Source: an uncultured Gemmatimonadales bacterium
GTDB taxonomy: Bacteria > Gemmatimonadota > Gemmatimonadetes > Longimicrobiales > Gaopeijiaceae
Direction of reading: 5' to 3'
DNA length: 64,000 nucleotides
NCBI GenBank assembly: GCA_963809895.1
Contig: CAWELD010000010.1
Span: forward strand, 640,001-704,000
Shown here: positions 31,591-42,240 of the stretch, in pieces
Position numbering within the stretch: the first letter of the stretch is position 1
Layout: each line of letters opens with the position of its first letter
Notes under the pieces: generated by a model
The model's database searches: none
What the model was told of the DNA's origin: nothing
The model's input: only the letters and a program-made list of their open reading frames with translations
Made by a program: the position numbers and the translations under genes

Positions 31591-33256
31591 TCAGCGGCCG
31601 CCGCCAGCCTCCATGTACCGCGGCGGCGGGGACTGCGCGCTCCCCTCCCAGTCCGGATCCGCTCCGCCGATCCACGTCTTCGTGGCCGCGTCATACTGAA
31701 CGGCGTGCACCCGGCTGAAAGCACCCACCCGCGGGGTCTCACGCACGGCGAGCCCCAGAGCCTTCATCTGGGCTACGTCGGTGGAGGTCCAGCCGCTGCC
31801 CGGGGTGGTTTCCACCTCGAGGGTGGAGCCGCTCATGTAGACCCGCGGCGCGGCCAGCGCGTCGGCGAGGTCCATGCCATCGTCGACGATTCGGGAGATG
31901 ACCTGCACGACCCCCGGTGGGATGCGGCCACCACCGGCGGCGCCCAGCGCGAGGACGGGGACGCCGTCCTTGAGTACCATGAGCGGACAGATGGACGAGC
32001 GGGCGCGCTCCCCGGGCTCCACGCGGCCCAGGTACCCTCCCAGCGTCGCGGCGTAGAGGAAGCCGAGGCCGGGGGTCACCACCGAAGAGCCCATGTTGGG
32101 CCCCAGGGTCTGGGTGAGGGACACGTACATGCCGTCCGCGTCGGCCGCGGTCATGTGCGTGGTGTGGCCGTGGTCGTCGGGTGCGGGCGGCAGAGGGGAC
32201 AGACCCAGTCCGGGTGTGCCGGGGTGCCCTGAGGGCCACGAGGCCCGCGGCCATCCGCGCGGCCCACGCCTTGGAGGTGGCCCGTGCCGCGGCGCTATCC
32301 GTTCCCAGTCCCCGGAGCTCCCGGGCCGCGATCCCCAGTACCTGTCCCTTCACCGCCCCCCACTGGGCCGGCGTCATGGAGTGGGGATCGAAGTTCTCCA
32401 TGATCTGGAGGGCCTGGATCGCCACCACGCCCGCCGAAGGCACGTCCATGCCGACGATCTCGTAGCCGCGGTAGGTGCCGCGCACGATATGCGCATCCTC
32501 GGCCTTGTAGTTGGCCAGGGACTCGTAGGTCACGGCGCCGCCGTGGGCCTTCATGTCGTCGGCGATCTCGTGGGCGATCTCCCCCCTGTAGAAGACGTCA
32601 GCGCCACCGGCCGCGATGGCCCGCAGTGTCTTGGCGTAGTCCTTCTGCACCAGCATGTCGCCGGCCTGCGCGGCGTGCCGTCGTGTTTCAGGTAGATGGC
32701 CGCGCGTTCCGGGAAATTCCGCGCTGTGCGCGGCGTTTGCGGCCTCGCGGGCCGACTCGCCGGGGTAGACACGGTATCCGTTCTCCGCGTAGTCGATGGC
32801 GGGCGCCATGACCGTGGCCAGCGGCAGCTTCCCATACTCCTTGTGCAGGCGCAGAAGCCCCGCCGCCGCCCCCGGGATGCCGATGACGGCATAGCCGTAG
32901 GAGGCCTGGGGCGCCGTGTCGGGGTCGTAGGTGTCGGGAGCCTGCGTGGTGGCGTCGATGCCCCGGATGGTTCCGTCGGGAAGCCGGACGAGGATCTGGT
33001 TGCGCCCGCCGATGCTGTTCATCGTGGGCTCCACGACGGCGATGGCGAAGGCCGTGGCCACCGCGGCGTCGGCGGCGTTGCCGCCGAGCTCGAGCATGCG
33101 CACTCCGGCCTCCGTGGCCAGTGGATGCGCCGAGGAGACGGCGCCGGCGTGGGAGCGCGTCGTCTGGAGAACGCTCTGGGCGCGCGTTGGTGAAGGAACG
33201 AGCGCTACTACGGCGGCAGCGGTGACGAGAGATCGCAGTGTGATCCGGGGACGCAT
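31591..33256 (-). pseudogene. ggt: Gamma-glutamyltransferase with frameshifts (~32700, ~32200)
   Basis: GGNAADAAVA, VVEP..SIGG, HTTH (Thr nucleophile), RARSSICP, GAAGG, GGADP. Confidence 0.88.
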
Positions 33257-33417
33257 GAGCTTCGTGTGAATCGCGGGTAGGGATGGTGGAGACCGCGAAG
33301 AGAATAGGGGAGGGACGGGCGGCGGACCAATGCACGCCGAACCCGCGTGCTGGCGCAGCGTATGCGGGCTCTCCGGCCTGGTGCATCGCCGCCATTGCGA
33401 GGCGGTGTGCCGCGAGG

Positions 33418-33736
33418 CTCACGCGCTAACCCCGATCCCACTCCAGTCGACCCCCGCTGAACAGAAGCTTCCGGTGGGAAGCTCCTCGGGCGCTTCCCGG
33501 AGGATCTCTCGAAGCTCCTGGGTTCAGAGCCTCGAGCTCCTCGCAGAAGACATCGGGACTTGCTCCGACGCCTGCGGGCCGTCCAGCGCATGGCCGAACT
33601 ACCTTAGACGCCTTGGCCAGGGTCTCGACGAACAGCTTGACCGCGGAGTTCGAAGTGTGAGCCGAACATGAGTCCGGCCACTCGGATCATCACCAACAGG
33701 ATCCCGAAGATCGGGACCAGCATTCTTCAGGTCCAT
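33418..33736 (-). pseudogene. Decayed small TM + coiled-coil protein gene
   Basis: After RBS GGGAGG: LVPIFGILLVMI.VAGLMFG, then VETLAKA and EELEAL..ELREI in shifting frames. Confidence 0.45.
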
Positions 33737-33935
33737 CACGGCGCCTCCCGGCTTTTGGTTCCATGCCATGCCTTAGGTACGGGCTGCTCCTGAGGTTCAC
33801 ACAGTGCGTGCATCGCCTCACCTTCTTGCCGGATCCCCTTTCGTATGTATGTGAGAGGTCACGATATATCGGCACTCGTCCCGTCAGGGTGAGCAGTAGA
33901 GACACGGTCAGGACGGCAGGACGGCGGTGGAGCGG

Positions 33936-35153
33936 ATGCGGCAGATCAGGCGATTCCGGGGGGTCGGACCGGTGCGTGGGCCCGGGTGGAGCCTGATCGC
34001 CGCGCTCCTGCTCGCGGCCTGCCAGGGTGACGCGAGCCCTGGACACGCCGGTCAGCCCATCGTTCTGTCGGCGGTCGACGTCCACGTGGTGGCCACGTCC
34101 GATGCGCTGGCTCGCATCGTGGACGTTCAGCCTGCCGGTGACGGACGCGTGTGGGTGCTCAACTCCACCGAGCCCTTCTTCGTGGCCGTGGGAGCGGACG
34201 GACACGTGGAGCGCGCCTTCGGAAGGGAAGGAGGAGGGCCGGAGGAGTTCGGTGGACCGGTGGAACTGGCGCGCGGCCCCGCGGGCGAGGTCTGGACCTA
34301 CGACGTCCCCCGCAATGCGCTTCGTCGAATCTCCGACGAACGGCCACGCGACCTACGGTTGCCCTCCGACTCTCTTCCGCCCGGGAAGCTCGTCTCTTTT
34401 CAGGACGCCGGGATGCGGCCGGCTCCTCCCTGGATCCAGAGCCGGGGCACGGGCTTCCTCGTCGGACGTAAGAGACCATCCGCCCCTCCGGCCGGCGGGC
34501 TGGGCATCTGGCGCGCGGATATCGTATGGCTCGGTCTCGACGCGCCAGCAGTGTCGCTGGAGCCGTCCACGCCGGTAGCTGACCTCCTGGGCGATCCGAC
34601 CCAACGCTACCCCGGCGCCACGTTGTTCCTGCCCTATCCGATCTGGACCTCGTGTGGAGACGGGTCGTTGGGCATGTATGATCCCCTCGCGAACACGCTC
34701 CGACGCCTCGCACCGGACGGAGGCGAAGAGCAGCCCATAGCCCTTCCCGAAGAGCGCAGGGAGCCGGTAACGTTCGATCGCTTCTTCGGGATGGTGTATC
34801 GGCAACTCAAAGAGCAGGTGCCGAGCTCGCAGCTTCCCGACAGCGCGCACACGCGGAGCATCCTCCAGGAGCAGTTCCGCCGATCCGACGGCACCCTCGC
34901 CGACGTGTTTCCCGAGTACGCCGATCTCCGCTGCACCGACGGCGGCACGTTGTGGCTTCAGCCGTTCGACGTCGCTGGCGGGCGGTTCGGGAGGGGTTCC
35001 GAGTGGATCCGGTTCGACGCGGACGGTTCACGCACCACCATCGTCCTTCCCGACGCGTTCACCGTCCATCGTATCGAAGACGATCGGCTTTGGGGTGCGG
35101 TGGTTGACTCGCTTGGGGTGCCTGCCGTCGCCTGGGTACGGGTGGAAGGATGA
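33936..35153 (+). CDS. 6-bladed beta-propeller lipoprotein
   Basis: Lipobox LAAC; FGREGGGPEEF; C-terminal DSLGVPAV; close paralog of 45524. Confidence 0.8.
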   Translation: MRQIRRFRGVGPVRGPGWSLIAALLLAACQGDASPGHAGQPIVLSAVDVHVVATSDALARIVDVQPAGDGRVWVLNSTEPFFVAVGADGHVERAFGREGGGPEEFGGPVELARGPAGEVWTYDVPRNALRRISDERPRDLRLPSDSLPPGKLVSFQDAGMRPAPPWIQSRGTGFLVGRKRPSAPPAGGLGIWRADIVWLGLDAPAVSLEPSTPVADLLGDPTQRYPGATLFLPYPIWTSCGDGSLGMYDPLANTLRRLAPDGGEEQPIALPEERREPVTFDRFFGMVYRQLKEQVPSSQLPDSAHTRSILQEQFRRSDGTLADVFPEYADLRCTDGGTLWLQPFDVAGGRFGRGSEWIRFDADGSRTTIVLPDAFTVHRIEDDRLWGAVVDSLGVPAVAWVRVEG

Positions 35154-35201
35154 GCGCGTCGCGGCCTGGCAGCAAACGAGCAGAGGTCGGCATGTTGCTC
35201 C

Positions 35202-35344
35202 ATGCTTGAACCGACTGCCGAAGCCTTGAGAGCCTTGGAGCTCACCAACCGCGACAGCCTTGCCCTGGTCATCGTCGATGTTCAGGAAGCCGTCGTCGCC
35301 GCCGGGCCGTTCGAAGTGGAGCGCGTGCTACGGGGAGATGAAGC
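35202..35344 (+). pseudogene. 5' fragment of a cysteine hydrolase/isochorismatase
   Basis: SLALVIVDVQEAVV motif, truncated at the RBS of the next gene. Confidence 0.5.
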
Positions 35345-35962
35345 ATGGGACTGTATTCCAGGTATCTGCTCCCCCGGATCATCCATTTCACCTGCAGCGC
35401 GAACTCAGCGATGCGGCAGCGGCAGAAGTTGGTGCCGTTGGCAGAGGGGAGGGTCCTGGAGGTCGGGATCGGCTCGGGCCTGAATCTGCCGTTCTACGAT
35501 CCCGAGCGGGTCACGGAGGTGACGGGTCTGGATCCATCGTCCGAGATCACCGACCTGGCTTGGGAAGCGGCGGAGCGAGTTCCCTTCGATGTCGAGTTCG
35601 TGTCGGTGGGAGCGGAGGAGATCCCGTTCGGTCGTGACCGCTTCGATACCGTTCTCCTGACGTACACCCTCTGCTCCATCGCCGATTCGGCGCCGGCGCT
35701 GGGAGCGATGGCTCGGGTGCTGAGGCCCGGTGGCCGGCTCCTCTTCTGTGAGCACGGGGTCGCGCCGGATCCCGGCGTGCGCCGCTGGCAGAATCGAGTC
35801 AATCCGGTCTGGCGGCGCTTCAGTGGCGGTTGCCAGCTTAACCGGGACATTCCGACGATCATCCGTGAGGGTGGCTTCGAGATTACGGGAATGGAGACCA
35901 TGTACATTCCAGGGTGGCGGCCGGCCAGCTACAACTACTGGGGGAGCGCCGAGGCTCGGTGA
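35345..35962 (+). CDS. Class I SAM methyltransferase
   Basis: VLEVGIGSGLNLPFY, FDTVLLTYTLCSI, RVLRPGG.LLFCEHG. Confidence 0.9.
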   Translation: MGLYSRYLLPRIIHFTCSANSAMRQRQKLVPLAEGRVLEVGIGSGLNLPFYDPERVTEVTGLDPSSEITDLAWEAAERVPFDVEFVSVGAEEIPFGRDRFDTVLLTYTLCSIADSAPALGAMARVLRPGGRLLFCEHGVAPDPGVRRWQNRVNPVWRRFSGGCQLNRDIPTIIREGGFEITGMETMYIPGWRPASYNYWGSAEAR

Positions 35963-35966
35963 CCCC

Positions 35967-36566
35967 ATGTACCCGCGGGAGATCATGCACGCACGGCGTC
36001 TTCTGCCGCTAATGTTACCGGGGCTCATCGCGATGGGCGCTGCTGGCCTTGGCGTCGCGTGCGGTCCGGAGCCGATTCCGATCCCTGATTCGGAGCCCTT
36101 TGGGGAACTCGCTTCCCAGGTCCATTTCGGGATGATGGTCGCGGACCTGAGAGAGATCCGGCCCAACGTCTACATCGCGAAGGATGGGACCTACGTTGAG
36201 GAGTTCATGACCCACGATCTGGCGTACCTGTTCTCGCCCAAGGCAGAGGACCGCCCGCCTCCCCCCACTGCCCGACTTCTGGCAGTCGAGAGTCACAGAG
36301 AGTACTGGGATACCCTGCGTCTCTGGCCGAGAGTGGAGTCACCTGGTCGCTGCTTCCTTAGCAGACTTCCCGTCGGACTCCGCGGTGCGCGGACCTCGGC
36401 GATTGCCCGGGTCGCCTCTGACGCGGGCGCAGTCTTCTCGGGTCCACTGACGCGCCCGGTGACCGCGGAGATCCACACCGCGAGTTACGACGGCGGAGCT
36501 TTTCGATTCGTTGCCTCGTTTCCCAGAGTCAGAATCAAGTGCAGGAAGGGTCCTGGAGAGAAATAG
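35967..36566 (+). CDS. Hypothetical lipoprotein (3' part possibly corrupted)
   Basis: Hydrophobic stretch followed by GVAC. Confidence 0.5.
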   Translation: MYPREIMHARRLLPLMLPGLIAMGAAGLGVACGPEPIPIPDSEPFGELASQVHFGMMVADLREIRPNVYIAKDGTYVEEFMTHDLAYLFSPKAEDRPPPPTARLLAVESHREYWDTLRLWPRVESPGRCFLSRLPVGLRGARTSAIARVASDAGAVFSGPLTRPVTAEIHTASYDGGAFRFVASFPRVRIKCRKGPGEK

Positions 36567-36599
36567 CTCCAGTGGCGCTGCGCGGAGTGTACGGGGCGC

Positions 36600-37397
36600 A
36601 CGCACCGGTGACTCGAGGGTGGCTTGAATCTCGTGATCGGCCGCAAGGTCGAGGCCCAGGTGAGTTCGTCTCGCCTGTCGCCGCCGCTGTTCTCGCCGAC
36701 GGCGCCTGGCGGTGCCTGACGTGCTCCTCCAGCGGATGTATTTCTTCGACGAGGAGGGGGAATTTCTCCGGAGTAGGTCCCGCTCCGGTCTTTCCGTCGA
36801 TGGCCTGGCGTCGTTGTCCGACGGAGACCCGTTTCGGTGAGTCGTCGCTCGACACCACGCTGGCCGCGGTGACGGGAGGCGTCCTGCTCACGATTCCATG
36901 ACGAGCAACGTCGCTCGCTTCGTGGTACCTGAGCTCGGACCGGGTCTGGAGTGGCACGCTTGCGCAAGGCTTCTACCGACCGTCCAGTGGACGCTCCGGC
37001 CAGGGCTCAAGGATGCTGAACAGTGAGGAGTGGCTCCGCAGCCCGATGATCGCGTCCAACGTCGCGGGATTGGGCGACGGGTCTTTCGCGGTGGGATTCC
37101 GGGAATGGCCCGACTCGGTTCAGGCGGACACTGGTAAGTCGGTACTCGTTGGGTCTTCGTGCGGCCTGGTCTTCCGCCGATGGGGTCTCTGACAAGACCG
37201 ATTTTCGTCCGACGTCGTGCGACATAGCTCCATGTACTCGACCCACCAACGAGTCAATGGAGAGGTGGAGGTGTCGTGGGCCCGGTTCTGGCGTCCAGGC
37301 GTTGAGGAGATCTGGACCCCTGGCCCCGCCGCGCCTGACGTCGCATCTTCGACCGCCACACGTGACCGAGGGCCCTCTCCACCTGCCACCATCTGAT
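36600..37397 (+). pseudogene. Heavily decayed 6-bladed beta-propeller gene
   Basis: LVIGR..GPGEFVSPVAAAVLADG and DVLLQRMYFFDEEG.FLRS in shifting frames; ends approximate. Confidence 0.5.
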
Positions 37398-37410
37398 GGG
37401 ATGCCATTCC

Positions 37411-37789
37411 GTGAAGTCCCGGACCAGACTCGTCTGGAACCTGCTCCCGCTGCTTCTCGTCGGCTGCGCAACCGCACAGCCAGCCGAGAACACCGCCGAC
37501 CCCGCCGAGGGACTGGCCCGCATCAGGCCAACCCCGCGCTCGCATGGGCGTGCCTGCCCGGGCTCGGGGCATGGGGACCATGAAGGTACCGATGGGGGGC
37601 ACCGGGGGCGGCTCCGCGTCACCTTCGTTGTGGACGGACGGCCGGCTCGTCGATTCCCGCGGCCTTCAGTGGTGCCCACGCCGCCCGACGTCGAGGAGTC
37701 CCGAAGAGCTCGCCAACTCACGGTACTTTCCAGAGCACGTCGGTGACTACCCTGTGCCGGCCAGGGTCACCGTGCGGATTCGAAGCTAG
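37411..37789 (+). pseudogene. Lipoprotein with TonB C-terminal-like domain, frameshifted
   Basis: Lipobox LVGC; VTFVVD and RYFPEHVGDYPVPARVTVRI in different frames. Confidence 0.5.
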
Positions 37790-37808
37790 AAGGCGAGCGC
37801 CAAGCGTC

Positions 37809-38962
37809 GTGAAACCAATCCTGCTGAAGCTGGGGCCCCGGCTGCTGTCCCGTGCCTCCCGCTGGTCCTCGGGCCAGCCCACGCCCTCGGCCAGGACGCC
37901 CCGCGGCTGCAACTCGCGGAGCCTGATTTCCAGGTGGGCGGGGTCGCCGGAGCGCGGACTACCGCTATGGCAGCTCGGTGGGTAGCGTATGCTCCCCGAC
38001 GGAAGCGTCGTGGTGGGGGACCGGGGAGCCAAGCTCCTGAAGCTCTCCAGCCCAGACGGCACCTTCGTTCGCGATGTCGGCAGACGGGGCAGTGGCCCTG
38101 GCGAGTACCAGTACGTCTTCGAGATGGATTGGTGCGCGCCCGAGAGCTCAGCGTCTTCGACGCGGACGCGCGCGTGCATCGGTATGATGTCGATATGGAG
38201 CTGATTTCGACCGCGCTCTACTCGCTGGACGCCGTCGGTGGAGGCAGAGGTTACCAGCGGGACTGCAATCCCCAGGGGTACGTCGTGGCCACGGGATGGG
38301 GGGATCCCCGGGCGCAGTCCAAGCCCGGCTACTTCGTCGCGACCGCTCCGGTCGTCCTCTTCCGAGGCATGGAGGTGGTGCACGACTTCGGTGAGCGGCT
38401 CAGCAGCGAGCGGGTAGGGACCACGGCGCCGGACGGCACCCTCACGGGGAGCGGACCGCATCCCTTCGGACGGGAAACCGTGGTCGCCCTCGGGCACGAC
38501 CGCGTCTACCTGGGCTCGGAGGAGTCGTACGAGATCGAGGTGTACGATCTGACGGGCGCTCCCTTGGAGCCGATCCGCTGGAGCGGCCCCGCCCTGGACT
38601 ACGACCACGACCTGATCGATCGCCTGACCGAGGCCGCCATCGACCGGGCCCCCGAACGATCCAGACGGGCCGTGCGGACCTGGTATCGGGATCTGCCCGA
38701 GTTGGACCAGGTGCCGGCGTACGACCGGATCGTGGTGTCGGACGAGGGGCAGGTCTGGGTACGCCAATTCGTCCGCCCGGGATCCTCCGGCGTGACCTGG
38801 GTGATCTTCAGCCATGCTCAGGAGCTCATCGGACAGCTCACGCTCCCCCCGCGTTCCACGCTCTGGGAAGTGCGCGGAGACCGTGTGGTCTACTCGACAC
38901 CCGATGAATACGACGTGCCGGTGGTCCGTATCAGTCGGGTAGAGCGTGCGGGCGGCCCCTGA
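37809..38962 (+). pseudogene. 6-bladed beta-propeller protein with frameshifts in the 5' third
   Basis: LPDGSVVVGD..VGRRGSGPGEY in the 37989 frame; LPELDQVPAYDRIVVSDEGQVWV and DEYDVPVV in the 37934 frame. Confidence 0.75.
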
Positions 38963-38973
38963 GGAGGCTCTCG

Positions 38974-39435
38974 GTGCCTCGATATCGGACGAACCGCGGG
39001 ATCTGGAGGAGGGCATGGATCGGCATTCCGACGATGGTGGCGTCATGTGCCACGGGCCCGTCCGGGTCCATGGCGGACGCCTACCTCAATCCCCCCGAAT
39101 GTTCTGCGGTGGTGCAAGCGCACTCGGCGGATGCCGGTCTGACGGTGGACTCCCCTCCGGTTCCACGCGGCGCCTGGAAGATGCCGGAAGTTTCCAGTTC
39201 GCCGCCGGTGGCCGTCACAGTCCATGTGACCGTGTCAGAACTGGGGGAGGTCGTCGCGTCGTCGATTCAGATCGACGGCGTGCGCACTTCCGCAGAGCGG
39301 GCCGCGGTCCGCGAGGGCGCCGAGAAATGGACGTTCCGCCCGGCGCGGCACGATGGCTGCTGGGTGCCGGGCATGTTCGAGACCCGCATCGAGCTCGGTG
39401 AATCCCCCGAGCGCGAACGCGATGAAAGGGGGTGA
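38974..39435 (+). CDS. Lipoprotein with TonB C-terminal domain
   Basis: VASC; VTVHVTVSELGEVV and AEKWTFRPARHDGCWV. Confidence 0.65.
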   Translation: MPRYRTNRGIWRRAWIGIPTMVASCATGPSGSMADAYLNPPECSAVVQAHSADAGLTVDSPPVPRGAWKMPEVSSSPPVAVTVHVTVSELGEVVASSIQIDGVRTSAERAAVREGAEKWTFRPARHDGCWVPGMFETRIELGESPERERDERG

Positions 39436-39437
39436 AC

Positions 39438-39980
39438 ATGGATGAGGAATCGAGGGACGCGATTCACGCGGACGCCGGCGTCGAGCGGCCCGACGACTAT
39501 CCTCCGGACGTGCCGTTCCTGCCTGGTACGACCGTGGTCTTCCAGCTCGAACAGACGATGTGGATCGTCACGGCCCCGGATCTCGCTGCGCGCATCGAGC
39601 GGCTAGGCGAGGCGACGGAGGCCTGGCAGGATGATCCACGGGTGGCTCCCCTGTGGGATCTCGTACGTACCGGTGAGGAGTCTCCAACGCCCCGCCACGA
39701 GCTCATGGCGCACGTGAAACGGGGGCTCGAAGGCCTGGACGTGGCCGACAAGGAGGAGCTCATGGCCGCGATCGGCCCCGCCTTCGGCACCTCCGACGTG
39801 GGTCAGAAGGAGCTGGAGGCGGCGCTCGCGTTCTTCCGTGCCCAGGGATGGCATGCGGAGGCCACGGAGACGCAGGATGGCCCGGTGGGTTCGACGACAT
39901 GGCGACTCACACGTGGAAACCAGAGGCGGACGCTCTCGTTGGTTCGCTTCGTCGGCACCGCCGTTCTCGGGTTCGGGTGA
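39438..39980 (+). CDS. Hypothetical protein
   Basis: Co-oriented ORF with RBS; PDDYPPDVPF. Confidence 0.55.
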   Translation: MDEESRDAIHADAGVERPDDYPPDVPFLPGTTVVFQLEQTMWIVTAPDLAARIERLGEATEAWQDDPRVAPLWDLVRTGEESPTPRHELMAHVKRGLEGLDVADKEELMAAIGPAFGTSDVGQKELEAALAFFRAQGWHAEATETQDGPVGSTTWRLTRGNQRRTLSLVRFVGTAVLGFG

Positions 39981-39984
39981 TGAA

Positions 39985-41331
39985 TCACCCTTCGGATCGC
40001 GGCAGCACCTGTTCCTGTCCGTCGGCTCCGAGCACGACGATCGCATCTACCCGACCGGCCGAGTCGCGCCGGAAGCGCATCACGGTCCCACTGGCTGGGA
40101 TGTAGTAGCGCTGTCCAGCGATGGGATAGAACTCGTTGTCGCCTCGGAAGAGCATGCCGTCGACCAGCCTGATCACGGCCGGACCGAAGGTGCCCACGAG
40201 CGTGGCGGGGTCTTCGAAGTCGGCTGCGACGGGCGGCGGGAGAGGTACGGCCGATGGGTCTTCCCCGGTGAGAAGGCCCTGGATCTTCTCCCGCAGTTGC
40301 CAGTTCGCAGCGGACTGCAGGTTGCTCAGGAGGACGAACACGAGCCGTGACTCGGGTCGCACATCGACCGAGGCCTCGTAGCCGTTCGTTCGGCCGAGCC
40401 AACCGCGCCAGGACGTTGAGTCACCCCCGAACGTCTCGTCCCGCAGGGTGGCTCCGAACACGCCGTCCTCGAGGGCCTCGACGAAGTGCAGGAGGTCGTC
40501 CGCCGTGGCATACACCGATCCGGCGCCGGTGAGAAAGCGGAGGTCCTTGTAGGGCACGTGCTTGGCGACCACGCGCCCACCGGTGGCGCCAAGACGGTGG
40601 GGCAGTCCGCGGTTCCGCATCAGGGTCTGTCCGGTTTCCCCGACCGCGTTTGTCATGCCCGCGGGGTCGAAGACCATATCCTGCATCACGGCTTCGAACG
40701 GTCGCCCTTCGACGACCTCGATGATGCGAGCGAGACAGGTGTAGCCCGCGCTGCTGTAGAGCCTCTGGCTTTCTGGCTCGAACAGGAGTCCACGAGACTC
40801 GACTCTGTGTACGATCGCTGCGGCATCGAGGGGTTGAGTTTCGTCGAGCGCGTCGGTCACCCGGTGGGGGACGCCGGCGCGATGCTCGAGGAGCTGACGC
40901 ACGGTGGGCACGCCACCCTCCGGTCCACGGGGGAAGCCGGGGAGATACTCTTCGACGGGCGAATCGAGATCCAACCGCCCATGGCTCGTCATGACGCGCA
41001 CCAGGACCTCGGTCATCGCCTTGGTCACCGATGCGATACCGAATCGGGTGTGGGCGGAGTTGGGCACGCCGAGCTCCCAACTGGCATATCCGTAGCTCCG
41101 CTCGAAGAGGATCTGGCCCGCTCGCGCGACGAGGATCGTGCCGCTGAACAGTCCGGCATCGGCCTGGGGACGAACGAGGGCGTCGATTCGGGTGGACACG
41201 TTGGCCAGGTATGGCTCGGTTCTCGCGCCTTGAGCCATGATGGTGCCCGGCGTCGCGAGGATGGTCAGACAGCTGAGCGCACTCAGGTGGCGATGGCCGC
41301 GACGAAGATCTGAGAGTCCACCCATCATCAT
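39985..41331 (-). CDS. Serine hydrolase, beta-lactamase class C-like family
   Basis: FGIASVTK (SxxK), LLEHRAG, YSSAGY, GRTNG; signal peptide; start is one of three tandem ATGs. Confidence 0.9.
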   Translation of the reverse strand: MMMGGLSDLRRGHRHLSALSCLTILATPGTIMAQGARTEPYLANVSTRIDALVRPQADAGLFSGTILVARAGQILFERSYGYASWELGVPNSAHTRFGIASVTKAMTEVLVRVMTSHGRLDLDSPVEEYLPGFPRGPEGGVPTVRQLLEHRAGVPHRVTDALDETQPLDAAAIVHRVESRGLLFEPESQRLYSSAGYTCLARIIEVVEGRPFEAVMQDMVFDPAGMTNAVGETGQTLMRNRGLPHRLGATGGRVVAKHVPYKDLRFLTGAGSVYATADDLLHFVEALEDGVFGATLRDETFGGDSTSWRGWLGRTNGYEASVDVRPESRLVFVLLSNLQSAANWQLREKIQGLLTGEDPSAVPLPPPVAADFEDPATLVGTFGPAVIRLVDGMLFRGDNEFYPIAGQRYYIPASGTVMRFRRDSAGRVDAIVVLGADGQEQVLPRSEG

Positions 41332-41339
41332 ACCCCTCT

Positions 41340-41390
41340 CGTAGCTATATCTGTCGAAAATATATCAACAAGTAATACAACTTGATCGTG
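41340..41390. promoter_or_regulatory. AT-rich divergent promoter region
   Basis: Strongly AT-rich patch with two TATATC copies between divergent genes. Confidence 0.5.
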
Positions 41391-41444
41391 CTCGGCTGCG
41401 CAACCCTGGTAGCGACGTGCCGCCGTCCAGCCGCATGTTGTCTC

Positions 41445-42230
41445 ATGAGCTTTTCCCGATCGAGACGCCTGGTCCCGTGGCGCGGGGCGCTGTGCTGCCT
41501 CGCCCCGATCCTCGCGGGCTGCGGCGGATCGCAGCCTGCCCAGCTCCAATACGAAATCGTGGCGGCGGTCCCCCACGATCCCGAGGCCTATACCCAGGGG
41601 CTTCTCGTGGACGGCCGGACGCTCATCGAAAGCACCGGGCAGTACGGCGCGTCATCCCTCCGGCGAGTGGACATCGCCTCGGGCCGGGTACTGGCCCAGG
41701 TACCCCTGGACTCCGCCTATTTCGGTGAAGGTGTGGCGCGGGTGGATTCGACGCTCATCCAGCTGACGTGGAAGGCCGGGGTCGCCTTCGTCTACGACCT
41801 GGCGTCTCTGACACGGGTCGGTGAGCGCCACTACCAGGGCGAAGGCTGGGGACTGTGCTTCGACGGAGACGTGCTCTGGATGTCCAACGGATCGAGTGCG
41901 TTCACGCGGCGAGATCCGGAGAGCTTCGAGGCGTTGGACACCCTCGACGTTCGCCGTGCCGGCGAGCCCGTGCCGCAATTGAACGAGCTCGAGTGCGTAG
42001 GCGAATACATCTACGCCAACGTCTTCCAGTCGGACCTGATCCTCCGGATCGACAAGGCCACGGGCGCGGTCGTCGGGGAGTTGGACGGCGCGGAGCTCTC
42101 TCGAACCGCCCCCCGGCCGCCCGATCCCGAGGCCGTCCTGAACGGCATCGCGTACGTGCCCGAGTCCGGCCTGTTCCTGATGACCGGAAAGCGCTGGCCG
42201 ACCTTGTTCGTCGTGCGAATCACCGAGTAG
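41445..42230 (+). CDS. Glutaminyl-peptide cyclotransferase (lipoprotein)
   Basis: PHDPEAYTQGL, ESTGQYG, FGEG, QLTWK, GEGWG, LNELE, VLNGIAY, TGKRW. Confidence 0.93.
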   Translation: MSFSRSRRLVPWRGALCCLAPILAGCGGSQPAQLQYEIVAAVPHDPEAYTQGLLVDGRTLIESTGQYGASSLRRVDIASGRVLAQVPLDSAYFGEGVARVDSTLIQLTWKAGVAFVYDLASLTRVGERHYQGEGWGLCFDGDVLWMSNGSSAFTRRDPESFEALDTLDVRRAGEPVPQLNELECVGEYIYANVFQSDLILRIDKATGAVVGELDGAELSRTAPRPPDPEAVLNGIAYVPESGLFLMTGKRWPTLFVVRITE

Positions 42231-42240
42231 GGAGACGGAG

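Noticed and set aside
33336..33368. attC-like hairpin GCCGAACCCGCGTGCTGGCGCAGCGTATGCGGG
   Set aside because: Bulged hairpin with an AAC, but no complementary GTT R' box, a single copy only, and not placed after a co-oriented gene.
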